This document shows, in pieces, positions 23,337 to 36,229 of a stretch of 64,000 bases of DNA (within the stretch, counting starts at the first letter, position 1; each line of letters starts with the position of its first letter). Both the position numbers and the translations under genes were made by a program. A model generated the notes under the pieces. The model saw only the letters and a program-made list of their open reading frames with translations. It was not told the DNA's origin and did not search any database. This DNA is from Prorocentrum cordatum (Eukaryota), in contig CAUYUJ010000207.1 in the NCBI GenBank assembly GCA_963575745.1, positions 1-64,000 of the forward strand, given 5' to 3'.

Positions 23337-25640
23337 CTGGCAAGAAAAATCTCGACGGACCTTTTGCTGACTTTCGGTCGGTTGGAAATTTTGTTCTCGA
23401 AATTCAACAATTCGTTTGAGCTCTAGCATTTTTTCTGACCATATTCGATCTTATTACCGCTCGCCGTCTTAATCTCAGCTCGATCGGGTGAATATTTCTG
23501 CAAAAAAGCGTCGTGGCGGGATCGGCCGTTTCGAGTCATCTTGATACGCGTTGTCGGTATTTTGTACTTAACTCGAGCTGTAGGGCAGCTACAGAGCTCA
23601 TTCTCACAGAAATCGATTGCAAATCATCAGGCGCGTTCGTCTGTTCCATCCAGAGGTCTGAACTCGGTCTGCTGACCGAGCTAGGTTCGCGAAACTATTC
23701 GTATTGTTCGAGTCATCTTGACAGGTGCTGTCAGTTTTCTGCACTTAACTCGGGCTGTAGGGGGGCTACAGGGCTCGTGCTCACAGGAATCAATTTGGAG
23801 ACATCAGGCGCGTCCGCCTGCCAAATCGAGAGCTCAGAACTCGGTGTGTTGCCCGAGCTAGGTCCGCCAACTATCTGTATTCTTCGAGTCATCTTGAGAG
23901 GTGCTGTCCGTTTTCTGCACTTAACTCGAGCTGTAAGGGGGCTGCAGGGTTGGTAATCACTGGAATCGATTCGGAGACATCAGTCGCGTCCGCCTTTCGC
24001 ATTCAGAGCTCTGAACTCGGTCTGCTGCCTGAGCTAGGTCTGCGAAACTATTCGTATTGTTCGAGTCGTCTTCAGAGGTGCTCTCGGTTTTCTGCACTTA
24101 ACTCGGGCTGTAAGGGGCCTGCAGGGCTGGTAATCACAGGAATCGATTCGGAGACATCAGGCGCGTCCGCCTGTCGCATTCAGAGGTCTGAACTCGGTCT
24201 GATACCCGAGCTAGGTTTGCCAAACTATTCGTATTGTTCGAGTGATCTTGAGAGGTGCTGTCGATTTTCGCACGTAACTCGGGCTGTAGGAGAGCTACGG
24301 AGCTCGTGCGCACAGGAAACGATCCAGAAGCATGAGGGGCGTTTGGCTGTTGCATCGAGAGGTCTGAAATCGCTTAGGCTGAAAAACTATTCGTTCTCTG
24401 CAAATTTTTTCGACATTATATATGGTCAGGAAGCTCTACGAGTCCCCCGGCGGTAAGAAAGGTTGACGGTTTACCGCCGGCGCCCAGTTCCGGGGCAGTG
24501 GAGAGCTAGCTGGCAAGACAAATCTCGACGGACCTTTTGGTGACTTTTGGTCGGTTGAAAATTTTGTTCTCGAAATTCCTCAATTCGTTTGAGCTCTAGT
24601 ATCTTTTCCCGTGATATTTGATCTCACTCCCGCTCGCCATCTTGATCTTAGCCCGATCGGGTACCTTTTACTGCCAAAAAGCACACTGGCGGGATCGGCT
24701 GTTTCGAGTCATCTCGATACGCGCTCTCGGTATATTGGACTTAACTCGAGATAAAGGACAGCTACAGAGCTGGTAAGCACACCTTATCGATTCAGAATGA
24801 TCAGGCGCGTTCGCCTGTTGAATCGAGAGGTCCGAACTCGGTCTGCTAGCCGAGCTAGGTCCGCAAACCTATTCGTATTATTCCAGTCATCTTGACGGGC
24901 GCTCTCGATTTTCTGTACTTAACTCGAGCTACACAACAGCTACAGAGCTGTTATTCACAGAAATCGATTCAGAGTCATCAGTCGCGTTTGTCTGTTGAAT
25001 CGAGAGCTCTGAACTGTGTCTGCTGCTCTAGAATCGCGAAACTTTTCGTATTGTTCGAGTCATCTTGAGAGGTGCTGTCGGTTTTCTGTACTAAACTCGG
25101 GTTGTGGGGGGCTACAGCGCTGGTAGTCACAGGGATCGATTCGGAGACATCAGGCGCATCCGCCTGTCGAATCCAGAGCTCGGAACTCGGTCTGCTGCCC
25201 GAACTAGATTCGCGAAACTATTCGTACTGTTGAGATGCTGTCGGTTTTCTGCATTTAACTCGGGCTGTAGGGGGGCTGCAGGGCTGTTAATCACAGGAAT
25301 CGATTTGGAGACATCAGACGCGTACGACTGTCGCATTCAGAAACCTGAGCTCGGTCTGATACTCGAGCTAGGTTTGCCAAACTATTCGTATTGTTCGAGT
25401 CATCTTCAGAGGTGCTGTCGATTGACGCACGTAACTCGGGCTGCAGGAGAGCTACAGAGCTCGTACAGAAGACAATCCTGAAGCATCGGGGGCGTTCGGC
25501 TGTTGCATCGAGAGGTCTGAAATCGCTTAGGCTGAAACACTATTCGTTCTCTGCAATTTTTTTCGACATTATATATTGTCAGGAAGCTCTGCGAGTCCCC
25601 CGGCGGTGAGAAAGGTTGATGGTTTACCGCCGGCGCCCAG

Positions 25641-26853
25641 TAACTCGTAGAGCTTCCCTTAGCAAGTTATTGCTGGAAGCTTAAGAGTAATTCCGGCGCG
25701 CTGGAGAGCTAGTTGGCAAGAAAAATCTCGACGCACCTTTTGGTGACTTTTGGTCGGTTGAAAATTTTGTTCTCGAAATTCCTCTATTCGTTTGAGCTCT
25801 AGTATTTTTTCCCGTGATATTCGATCCCATCCCCGCTCGCCATCTTGATCTCAGCTCGATTGGGTACCTTTTACTGCCAAAAAGCACACTGGCGGGATCG
25901 GCCGTTTCGAGTCATCTTGACACGCAATAACGGTTTTCTGAACATATCTCGAGCTTTAGGACAGCTACAGAGCTGGTAAGCACAGGTAATCGATTCAGGG
26001 ATCAGGCGCGTTCGCCTGTTGAATCGAGAGGTCCGAACTCGGTCTGCTAGCCGAGCTAGGTCCGCAAACCTATTTGTATTATTCGAGTCATCTTGACAGA
26101 CGCTTTGGGTTTTCTGTACTTAACTCGAGCTATAGGACAGCTATAGAGCTGATACTTACAGAAACCTATTCAGAATCATCAGTCGCATTTGTCTGTTGAA
26201 TCCAGAGCTCTGAACTCGGTCTGCTGCCCGATCTAGAATCGCGAAACTTTTCGTATTGTTCGAGTCATCTTGAGAAGTCTCTGCTTTTCTGCACTCAACT
26301 CGGGCTGAGGGGGGCTACAGTGCTGATGGTCACAGAAATCGATTTGAAGACATCAGGCGCGTCCGCCTGTCGAATCTAGAGCTCGGAACTCGGTCTGCTG
26401 CCCGAACTAGGTTCGCCAAGCTATTGTATTGTTCGAGTCATCCTGAGAGGTGCTGTCGGTTTTCTGCACTTAACTCGGGAGGTAGGGGGGGCTGCAGGGC
26501 TGGTAATCGCAGGAGTCGATTCGCAGACATCAGACGCGTCCGCCTGTCGCATTCAGAGGCCTGAACTCGGTCTGATACTCGAGCTAGGTTTGCCAAACTA
26601 TTCGTATTGTTCGAGTGATCTTGGGAGTTGCTGTCGATTTACGGACGTAACTCGGGCTGTAGGAGAGCTAGAGAGCGTGTACAGAAGACAATCGAGAAGC
26701 ATCGGGGGCGTTCGGGTGTTGCATCAAGAGGTCTGAAATCGCTGTGCTGAAAAACTATTCGTTCTCTGTTTTTTTTCCATATTATATATTGTCAGGAAGC
26801 TCTACGAGTCCCCCGGCGGTAAGAAAGGTTAACGGTTTACCGCCGGCGCCCAG
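25641..26853 (+). mobile_element. Helitron2-like family A element, head-to-tail with the previous copy
   Basis: Junction GCGCCCAG|TAACTCGTAGAGC at 25640/25641. Ends CCCAG at 26853. Confidence 0.75.
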
Positions 26854-26866
26854 TTGGCAAGAAAAA

Positions 26867-27265
26867 TACCTCGTAGAGCTCTTCGTTATCGATGAGCTAG
26901 AGGAATTCCGGCGCGGGGTGGAGCTAGTTGGCCGACCCGGCCAGAAAGGACAAAGTGATAACTTTTGGGTGTTTTTGCGAACAATTCAAGGATAGTTGAT
27001 AATTCATTTTGAGGAAGCAGATTTTTCGCACCTGTAAACGACTATGATGGCCTCTCTGTCTTAATATGAGCTCTGTAGGCGCACTTTCACGATCAAAACA
27101 CTTGGCGGAACCATCTCCATGTCGACACGAAAAAAATCAAATTTTCCTTTTTTCGAGAAATGCTTCCAGAAGCTCTCTCTTTCGACTCTGAGCACTCTTA
27201 CGCGTGTAAGGAGCTCTACGAGGTTCCCGGCGGTGACCAGGTTGACGGTTCACCGCCGGCGCCAG
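26867..27265 (+). mobile_element. Helitron2-like family B element, 399 bp
   Basis: Perfect 14-bp subterminal inverted repeat at 26868-26881 and 27211-27224. Hairpin at 27227-27259. Flanks rejoin GCAAGAAAAA|TCTCGACGGACC exactly. Confidence 0.85.
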
Positions 27266-28700
27266 TCTCGACGGACCTTTTGGTGACTTTTGGTCGGTTC
27301 AAAATTTTGTTCTCGAAATTCAACAATTCGTTTGAGCTCTAGAATTTTTTCCCATGATATTCGATCTTATTCCCGCTCGCCATCTTGATCTCGCCTCGAT
27401 CGGGTATCTTTTACTGCCAAAGAGCACACGGGCGGGATCGGCCGTTTCAAGTCATCTTGACACGAGATGACGGTTTTCTGAACATAACTCGAGCTTTAGG
27501 ACAGCTACAGAGCTGGTGAGCACATCTAGTCGATGCAGAATGATCAGGCGCGTTCGCCTGTTGAATCCAGAGGTCTGAACTCGGTCTGCTAGCCGAGCTA
27601 GGTCCGCAAATCTATTCGTATTATTCGAGTCATCTTGACAGACGCTCTCGATTTTCTGTACTTCACTCGAGCTACAGGACAGCTACAGAGCTGATTGGAC
27701 AGAAACCGATTCAGAATCATCAGTGGCAGTTGTCTGTTGAATCCGGAGCTCTGAACTCGGTCTGCTGCCCGATCTAGAATCGCGAAACCATTCGTATTGT
27801 TCGAGTCATCTTGAGAAGTGCTCTCGGTCTTGTGCACTCAACTCGGGCTGAGGGGGGCTACAGTGCTCGTGGTCACAAGAATCGATTTGAAGACATCAGG
27901 CGCGTCCGTCTGTCGAATCCAGAGCTCGGAACTCGGTCTGCTGCCCGAACAAGAATCGCGAAACTATTGTATGTTATCCTGAGAGGTGCTGTCGGTTTTC
28001 TGTACTTAACTGGGGCTGTAGGGGGGGCTACAGTGCTGGTAGTCACAGGAATCGATTCGCAGACATCAGATGCGTCCGCCTGTCGCATTCAGAGGTCTGA
28101 ACTCGGTTTGATACTCGAGCTGTGTTTCCAACCTTTTCGTTTTGTAGAGTTATCTTGAGAGGTGCTGTCGATTTACGCACGTAACTCGAAGAGAGCTACA
28201 GAGCTCGTAAACAAGACAATCCAAAAGCATTGGGGGCGTTCGGCTGTTCGATCGAGAGGTCTGAAATCGCTTGGGCTGAAGAACGATTCGTTCTCTGCAT
28301 TTTTCCACATTATATATTGGCAGGAAGCTCTACGAGTCCCCCGGCGGTAAGAAAGGTTGACGGTTTACCGCCGGCGCCCAGTTGGCCGACCCCGCCAGAA
28401 AGGACAAAGTGGTAACTTTTGGGTGGTTTTGCGAAAAGTTGAAGGATTTTTGACAATTCATTTTGAGAAAGCAGATTTTTCGCACCTGTAGTGGGTTATG
28501 GCGCGTCCGCCAGTAGAAATTTCAGGCCCATAGGTGCAGTATTACTATCAAAACACTTGGGGGAACCGACGTTGGATAAAAACAGAAAAACGTGATGTTT
28601 CGAGTTTTTCGTTTCCCGCTCTAGAAGCTTTCTTCATGTGTTCCGACTATTGCTGTGCAAGAAAAAAGCTCTACGAGGTTCCCGGCGGTAACCAGGTTGG

Positions 28701-29591
28701 AAGCGTTCAGGTTGTGTTGCGATTTCTAATCTGGAGACGAGCGTTCAGGGGCTTGAGACTGAACATAATCGACTCGAGACGATCGTCCAGGGACTCCAGG
28801 GACAGGTTCGTGCGGGTTCCGTTGCCAGTGACGCTTCGACGAGGCCTGATAATACCAGGACGGGAAGATACCAGGCTCCTGGAACCACCTACTTCTCTCC
28901 AACGTATGTCGAACTCAAGGGATGGGTCACCAACTGGAGTGACAGGGATAGGAGGTCTCAGGAGATGCTCATGTGGGAGGATGTGAAGGTGCTCATAGAT
29001 AACATTACAAATCATTGTCTTTCGGAGGATGATCGTGTGCACGTGTGTGTTGACGGTACGGAGCGCATTAACGCTGGCCGTTACATGTTCGGATCGGCCA
29101 AAATCAAATTCAAGCCAGGGACCGACAGGGATATTATTTGGAGGGTCAAACGGTGCATCGACCTTGTGACGGTACCCCCTGCTAAACGCCCCGCGCCTCC
29201 TCCAGGAATCCAGATCGCTGCACCACAGTGCCTCATTGAGAATATGAAGCAGGTAATCAACCCTGAGTCGATCAAAGTCAGTGTCGAGTGCCCCGAGTGG
29301 AAGAGGGACCACGTTAAGGCGGTGGGGAGATTCTGCGGCACTATTCGGGGCATGTGTACACAGATTGGCATAGAGGTTATTGCTGTGCGAGGGGAAATGG
29401 GACCGCCCAAATCGACTATATGGACAGTGCCCACGACGGCCGCTCCGAGGCCAATGCTTCCGGCCGAGTTTACCACGACACAAGCGACGTGGGAGGTATC
29501 GAGTGAGACTGTCGACAGGTTGCATCAACTCATACCTGCGTTTACTAAGACGAAGGCTGATATCGAGACGGAAGTCAACGGGAGGGTGTGA
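28701..29591 (+). pseudogene. 5'-truncated LINE ORF1
   Basis: Open from the junction. FSPTYVELKGWVTNW, TERINAGRYMFGS and VECPEWKRDHVKAV match the ORF1 at 41495-42898. Confidence 0.8.
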
Positions 29592-32500
29592 CGACGACGA
29601 CGCCGAACACCGTTCAAGGGGATCCGACTGGGCAGCTGGAACCTCAATCGGGCGGGGTCGGCCAATTTCAAGGGGAATGAGATTCTGAGGAGCCTTTCAA
29701 TGCGAGATTGCATCTGGGGTGTTCAGGAATGCCAGAATCTTTTTGGAGGCAAATTCGATGCATATATCAGACGGTGTGGTCTATCATATCGTGTGAGTTG
29801 TGACGGTAAGTGTGGGTTATTATTTAACAAAGAGTGGAGTACATGTGTGCGTGAATCAATATGTCAATATGAACGGTTCTGTGTGGTGGTCTTTGGTAGT
29901 GGAAGTGCCCCTGTGATAGTTGCCTCTGCGTATCTTCCCGACCCCGGCGTCGAGAACGCCGTAGATGTGCAGTGCGGGGTGTTGGACACGCTCGAGTCAG
30001 TCATTCTCACTCTGCGCAGTCGTTGGACGGGGGCGACTGTCTCTGTGCTGCTCGATGCCAACGTCTAGCTACCCCCATCAACTCAGCTGCAGTGCTCACG
30101 CACTGGGACTGTCTATGAGGCGGTGGGAAGTGCTACCAAGGAGGAGAGGAGGACTTGCGAGGAGGGAGGTGCACAGCGGGTGAGGAGGGACGTACGACAA
30201 CAGTTGCGCGAGCGTGTTCTCTGCTTTCTAGGGCGCCTGGGGATGAAGGCTGCCAATTCGTTCTTGCCACGACGACTACACGCATGGGAGAGTAACGGAG
30301 TATCTCGGTGGGGGACGTGTAAGAAGGTTCTTGACTACATTTTTGTTCCCAGGACGTGGGTGATCGATAAGATGACGGTTGAAACGATCATGAGTAAGGG
30401 GGGGAGGACAAATCGTAGTCGTCTCAGCGACCATGGCCTGCTTCAGGGGACTTTTAGTGATACAGGCGCTGAGCTGGTCAAACGTAGTATCCCGACGGCA
30501 GCTCGTGAAAAGAGTTTGGTGGGTTATAAGACGGTGAATTGGGGGGACCTCAATATGGCGCGAAAGGAAATCGATCGGGTCTTGGGAGATGCCAATACTA
30601 CTTGTTCTCCAGGGGACCTTCTGTCGACCACTATTCGGGCCTGTACTGAGCAGGAGGAAATCAAATTCACGACTGCCACCACGGGGCGGGGACTACCGCC
30701 AATTAGGCCTGCAGGGCTCACGGCCTGCCAGGAGATTTTGCGACGGAAGCCTTTGCCGGCGTCAGTGGACGTACCCAGCTTGCGCAGACGTGCCAACGGA
30801 CTTCGGAGGGAGTATCGTGCGGCGTTGGCCGCGTGGACCTCTCCTGCCTCCAGGCGCAAAGAGCGTTATGGTATCAAGCACCTCATTGTGCAGGGGCGGA
30901 TATCTGAGGACAGGGAGGAGTGGGTGGAGGAGATCAGAGCACATACCAGACAGAGGTATACTTCGGAGGAGGTCAGAGGACGGGATATGGCGATGTTGGA
31001 GGAGTTGAGGAGGGATGCACAACAGAACCTATGTGACGGGTACTGCACTGAGGGACTGACAATGGCGGTGGTATGCCAGGCACGGTCACGTCTCAAGTCC
31101 AGGCGTGCCACTGGCCCCGACAGGCTGCCTTGTGAAATACTCAAGGCATTGCCGTGGGCGACTTTGCGTGGCGTAGCTCGGATGTTTGATGAGATATTTC
31201 GCTTGGCACGGCAGTATCCGCAGGACTGGAGGCAGATTTTGATCGCCTTCATGCCCAAGCTGCCGAGCTTGACATCACTGACAGATGCACGGTACCTCTG
31301 TCTGCAAAACAGTCTCAGCCGTTGGTATTCTGCTTGTGTGGTGATCCTGGTCGAACAATTTGTGTCTCGGGCTGGCCTCATGGGACCCCTGGGCATCTAC
31401 GGCTTCCAGGAGGGACGTAGGGCGGTGGAAATTGTGGGGGCCCTCAAGGCTCTGGCTCAACATGGGGACATCTGGGGAAAGGATCAGACGGTCCATATCG
31501 CTAACGCCGATATCAAACAAGCGTTCGACCATTGCAGCCTTCAAAACGCCAAGCGAGCTATGTGCCATGCCAATATTCCTGCCTATCTCCAGTATGCTTT
31601 GCTTTCACCGCTGGTTTGCACTACGGGGTCGTTAGTTGTCGAGGGTATGGCCATTCACGACATCAACTGGGACGTCTGTATACGGACGGGCGGCCCTGAG
31701 GGGCCTCTTCTCTTTAACCTTATCATATGTGCCATGTGGGGACCTATATTTCGGGATTGGGACAGTAGAGGAGTGGGGTATGTGCTGGAGGGCGTCTGTG
31801 GTGAGTATGAGCGACGGACAATCGTGAACCACTTTGTGTGGGCGGAAAACTGCTACCTTGTCTCTGCCTCCTCAACTGTGTTGGCTCAGATGATGCACGA
31901 TCTAACACTACCACTACATGACTGGGGGGTGAGATGGAAGGATAGCAGCCTGTTGTACATGGCATGTGGGGAAAATGCGAGAGTGGACGGTGACGGACAT
32001 ATACTTGCCAGCGAGGATTTGTGTATACCTGCGTGCTCGAGATATCAGGACTTTAGACTTCGACGTGTGTGCAGAATGAATGTACTGGGTCGTGAGATTT
32101 TCTCCACCTACCTAGTGCCCGCTCATCCTGATGTGGAATATCGCATCAAGGAGGCTCGTGCTTGTTTCATTGGACAGTCGGATTTCTTTCGTAACAGAGC
32201 GGTAGCTGTTCGTGATAAGTTTTGTCGTTATCAAGACAAGGTGCAGAGTATGGCGTTGTATTGTCTAGAGACATGTACTGCTGATACTTCCTCGCTACAC
32301 ATGCTCAATGCCTTCGAGGGGTGGTGTTTGTGCCGTATGTTTCGACGGCCGAGGAGGGAGGAGGAGACTATGGCGGACTGGAACCGACGACGGTACCGCG
32401 AGGCCAGAGAGCAATTTCGATCTTATGGATTTGCGAGTTTGGTGCAGCGATTTCTCCGTATGGTGTGGAACTCCGCTAAGGATGCTGCAGATTTCATTTC

Positions 32501-33561
32501 TATATTGTGTACTGCTTCTCATGAGGAAATATCTTCGACGCAACGTACGTGGAGAGATCACCACATGACTACTGTTGCATACGGCCCACTGTGGGACAGG
32601 CTCAGGACGGATGCGTCTGAGTGCCTGCGGGGTATGTTTCACTTCCAGGAGGCTTCAGCTAAAATGGAGACATGTTAGCTCAGGTCGAGCTATTGGCCAG
32701 AGATGCTGGCTATTTTCTTTCTGCGAATTCTACGGACTCAAATGGTGGGAGTCCTTTGTGCCGACAGATGCTGCGTATGTTCAGTTCTGCGAACACATGT
32801 GTACACGGACGATTCTGAGTTATTTTCAGAAAAGAAAAGGGTACGGTACAACAGGTGGGGCCCTGCAGGAGGTACATACCATCGCACAAAACGACCTACA
32901 CACCTATGGGGCCCAAGAGGGCACTGCGGCTTTCAACGACAAGCTGGCCAAGCGTATTGCGTTACAAAATATGAAGGAGGTTGAGTACGACCTCGACTCA
33001 TTTGGGATCCCTGTGTACATTTCTGGGGACAGTCTTCTGGTGGTGTCTTGGCTGCAGGGTGTCTGGAGGGTGCTTAATCGTACTTATCAGGATAGGATCA
33101 ACAGAATGATAAACCAACTTGACAACATGTGTCAGAGGTTTGGAATTAGGCCTGCCTGTCATGGGAGGGAAATTGTCGACCACACATATAGGGAATGGAA
33201 CACGCGTGCAGATGTACTCACTCATACGGCCCGTGTCGGGCCACCAGTGATTCGAGATAGGATAGGGCTTCACGCCCCTCAGTTACAACAGGTGTTTCGC
33301 GTTTGTGCCATCAGAGCTGGATTCGATGGTGGTGTCTCTTGCGACGGCGTGGGAGTCGGGTGCTGGATAGATGTTGGACGGGTATCGAGGCTCTCAAGGC
33401 AGCCACTCAGCCATGATATTATTTGGACGGAGGTGTACAGTGCGGCACTCTCGATTGATCCAACTTCAACAGTGACTGATGCCGAGGTCTCGGCCGTTGA
33501 GCATACGATTATAATCTTGCCGCGGGTTGTACAAGCGTATTTCGGACAGGATATGATGTGA
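29592..33561 (+). pseudogene. LINE ORF2 (APE-RT-permuted RNase H), disrupted
   Basis: Motifs GSWNL, VQE, SDH, ADIKQAFD, IRTGGPEGP and WAEN (31839-31850). Stop at 30066-30068 and a frameshift near 32650-32680. Confidence 0.88.
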
Positions 33562-34061
33562 TTTTGATTGTGCTCACTCACGCCATGCCTTTGTTTGTCG
33601 TGTGTGTGTGCTTGACTTCTCATCCTCCTAATAAGAGTTGGCTTTCGCCTCTGATCGTTTGGATCGGTGAGGCTTCCGCCTACTCCCGATGCGCCCGCTC
33701 CTTGCTTCCGACTAGGCTGGAAAGCCTGCACAGTCGACCGCAAAGTCCGCAAAACCAGGTTGACGGTTTACCGCCGGTTCCCATTATTGCTGGGAGCTTC
33801 AGAGTAATTCCGGAGCGCTGGAGAGCTAGTTGGCAAGAAAAATCTCGACGGACATTTTGCTGACTTTTGGTCGGTTGGAAATTTTGTTATCGGAATTCAA
33901 CAATTCGTTTGAGCTCTAGTATTCTTTCGCATGATATTCGATCTTATTCCCGCTCGCCATCTTGATCTCAGCTCGATCGGGTACCTTTTACTGCCAAAAA
34001 GCAGGCAGGCCGGATCGGCCGTTTCAAGTCATCTTGACACGCGATGACGGTTTTCTGAACA

Positions 34062-34461
34062 TACCTCGTAGAGCTCTTCGTCATCGATGAGCTAGAGGAA
34101 TTCCGGCGCGGGGTGGAGCTAGTTGGCCCACCCGGCCAGAAAGGACAAAGTGGTAACTTTTGGGTGATTTTGCAAATATTTCAAAGATATTTGACAGTTC
34201 ATTTTGAGAAAGCAGATTTTTCGCACCTGTAGTGGGTTATGGCGCGTCCGCCAGTAAAATTTTCAGGTCCGTAGCTGCAGTATTACTATCAAAACACTTG
34301 GGGGAACCGACGTTGGATAAAACAGAAAAACGTGATTTTTCGAGTTTCTCAAATCTTGCTCCAGACGCTTTCTTCATGCTTATCGAGGAGCGCCGTGTGA
34401 GAAAAGAGCTGTGCGAGGGCCCCGGCGGTAACCTGGTTGACGGTTTACCGCCGTTTCCCAG
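34062..34461 (+). mobile_element. Helitron2-like family B element, 400 bp
   Basis: Same termini. Flanks rejoin TTCTGAACA|TAATTCGAGCTTTAGG. Confidence 0.8.
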
Positions 34462-36229
34462 TAATTCGAGCTTTAGGACAGCTACAGAGCTGATAAGCAC
34501 AGCTAATCGATTCAGAATGATCAGGCGCGTTCGCCTGTTGAATCCAGAGGTCTGAACTCGATCTGCTAGCCGAGCTAGGTCCGCAAACCTATTTGTATTA
34601 TTCGAGTCATCTTGACAGACGCTCTGGCTTTTCTGTACTTAACTCGAGCTATAGGACAGCTACAGAGCTGATACTCACAGAAACTGATTCAGAATCATCA
34701 GTCGCATTTGTCTGTTGAATCCAGAGCTCTGAACTCGGTCTGCTGCCCGATCTAGAATTGCGGAACTATTCGTATTGTTCGAGTCATCTTGAGAAGTGCT
34801 CTCGGTTTTTTGCACTCAACTCGGGCTGAGGGGGCTGCAGTGCTGGTGGTCATAGAAATCGATTTGAAGACATCATGCGCGTCCGCCTGTCGTGTCCAGA
34901 GCTCGCAACTCGGTCTGCTGCCCGAACTAGGTTCGCGAAACTATTGTATTGTTCGGTCATCCTGAGAGGTGCTGTCGGTTTTCTGCACTTAACTCGGGCT
35001 GTAGGGAGGCTGCAGGGCTGGTAATCGCAGGAGACGATTCGCAGACATCAGACGCGTCCGCCTGTCGTCAGAGGTCTGAAGTCGGTTTGATACTCGAGCT
35101 GGGTTGCCAAACTATTCGTTTTGTTAGAGTCATCTTGAGAGGTGCTGTCGATTTACGCACGTAACTCGGGCTGTAGGCTGGAAAACTATTCGTTCTCTGC
35201 AATTTCTTCCCACATTATATATTGTCAGGAAGCTCTACGAGTCCCCTGGCGGTGAGAAAGGTTGACGGTTCACCGCCGGCGCCCAGTGAGAAAGCAGATT
35301 TACGCGTCGCAGTGGCATGTAAACTCCTCTCTGACAGCAGCTCAGCTCTCCTGATGTATTTTCTTAAGAGTTGACTTCCGGGAACTGAGCGAATATGAAC
35401 ATGAAAAAAATCAAGAATAAAGATTTTCGCACTCTTTCTAGTGTGAGGAGATCTACGAGGTTCCCGGCGGTGACTAGGTTGACGGTTCACCGCCGGCGCC
35501 AGGAAAGCTAGCCAGCCAGACAGGACAATGTGATAACTTTGGGTCCGTTTTGCTGAGATTCGAAAGATATTTAACCATTCATTTTGAGAAAGCAGATGTT
35601 TCGCACCTGTAATGGGTTATTCGACGGTTCACCGCCGGTTTAAAAAATTGAAAGATATTTGACCATTTATTTTGAGAAAGCAGATTTTTTGCAGTTGTAT
35701 ACGACTGTAAGGGCCTCTGCTTCTTATTATCAGCTTTTTAGGCGCTTTTTCACTGTCGAAACACTTGGCGGAACCAACTTTATGTCGACAAGAAAAAAAT
35801 GAATTTTGAGGAATGCCGCCAAAATCTCTTTCCTTCGACTCTGAGCACTGTCACCCGTGCAAGGAGCTCTACGAGGTTTCCGGCGGTGACTAGATTGACG
35901 GTTTACCGCCTCTTCGGCATCGATGAGCTAGAGGAATTCCGGTGGCAACTTGTGGTCGGTTTTGCTAAGATTTGAGAGATATTTGACCATTCATTTTGAG
36001 GAATCAGTTGTTTCGCACTTGTAAACGACTATGAGGGCCTCTGCGTCTTAATATGAGCTGTGTAGGCGCAACTTTATTATCAAAACACTTGGCGGAACCA
36101 CCTTTATTTCGACATGAAAAACATGAATGTTCAATTTTTCGAGAAATCCCTCCAGAAGCTTTCTCTTTCGACTCTGAGCACTTTACGCGTGGAAGGAGCT
36201 CTACGACGTTCCCGGCGGTGACCAGGTTG

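Larger units (their letters stand above)
16400..28689 (+). repeat. Nest of family A/B elements with ~178-bp internal tandem monomers. Similar tracts at 1237-2458, 8447-10388, 33763-36219, 37495-41377, 52959-59126 and 62838-64000
   Basis: CTGAACTCGGTCTGCT recurs at about 177-178 bp spacing (for example 9604/9782 and 21292/21469). More than 20 terminal hairpin motifs occur across the window. Confidence 0.9.
28700..33752 (+). mobile_element. 5'-truncated non-LTR retrotransposon LINE-3 (family C)
   Basis: TSD AACCAGGTTG at 28690-28699 and 33753-33762. The element begins inside the ORF1 coiled coil and ends in a CGCAAAGTCCGCAA tail. Confidence 0.92.

Noticed and set aside
16780..28400. Recurring hairpin motif as a CRISPR repeat or integron attC site
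   Set aside because: Spacing is 0.4-1.4 kb with repetitive intervening DNA. There is no cas or integrase gene and no gene cassettes, and the motif is explained as an element terminus.
17949..28415. Many 60-220 aa ORFs in the repeat tracts (for example 17949-18605, 20409-20969, 23950-24456)
   Set aside because: They are chance translations of the 178-bp monomer. Frames and stops differ between copies and there are no protein motifs.
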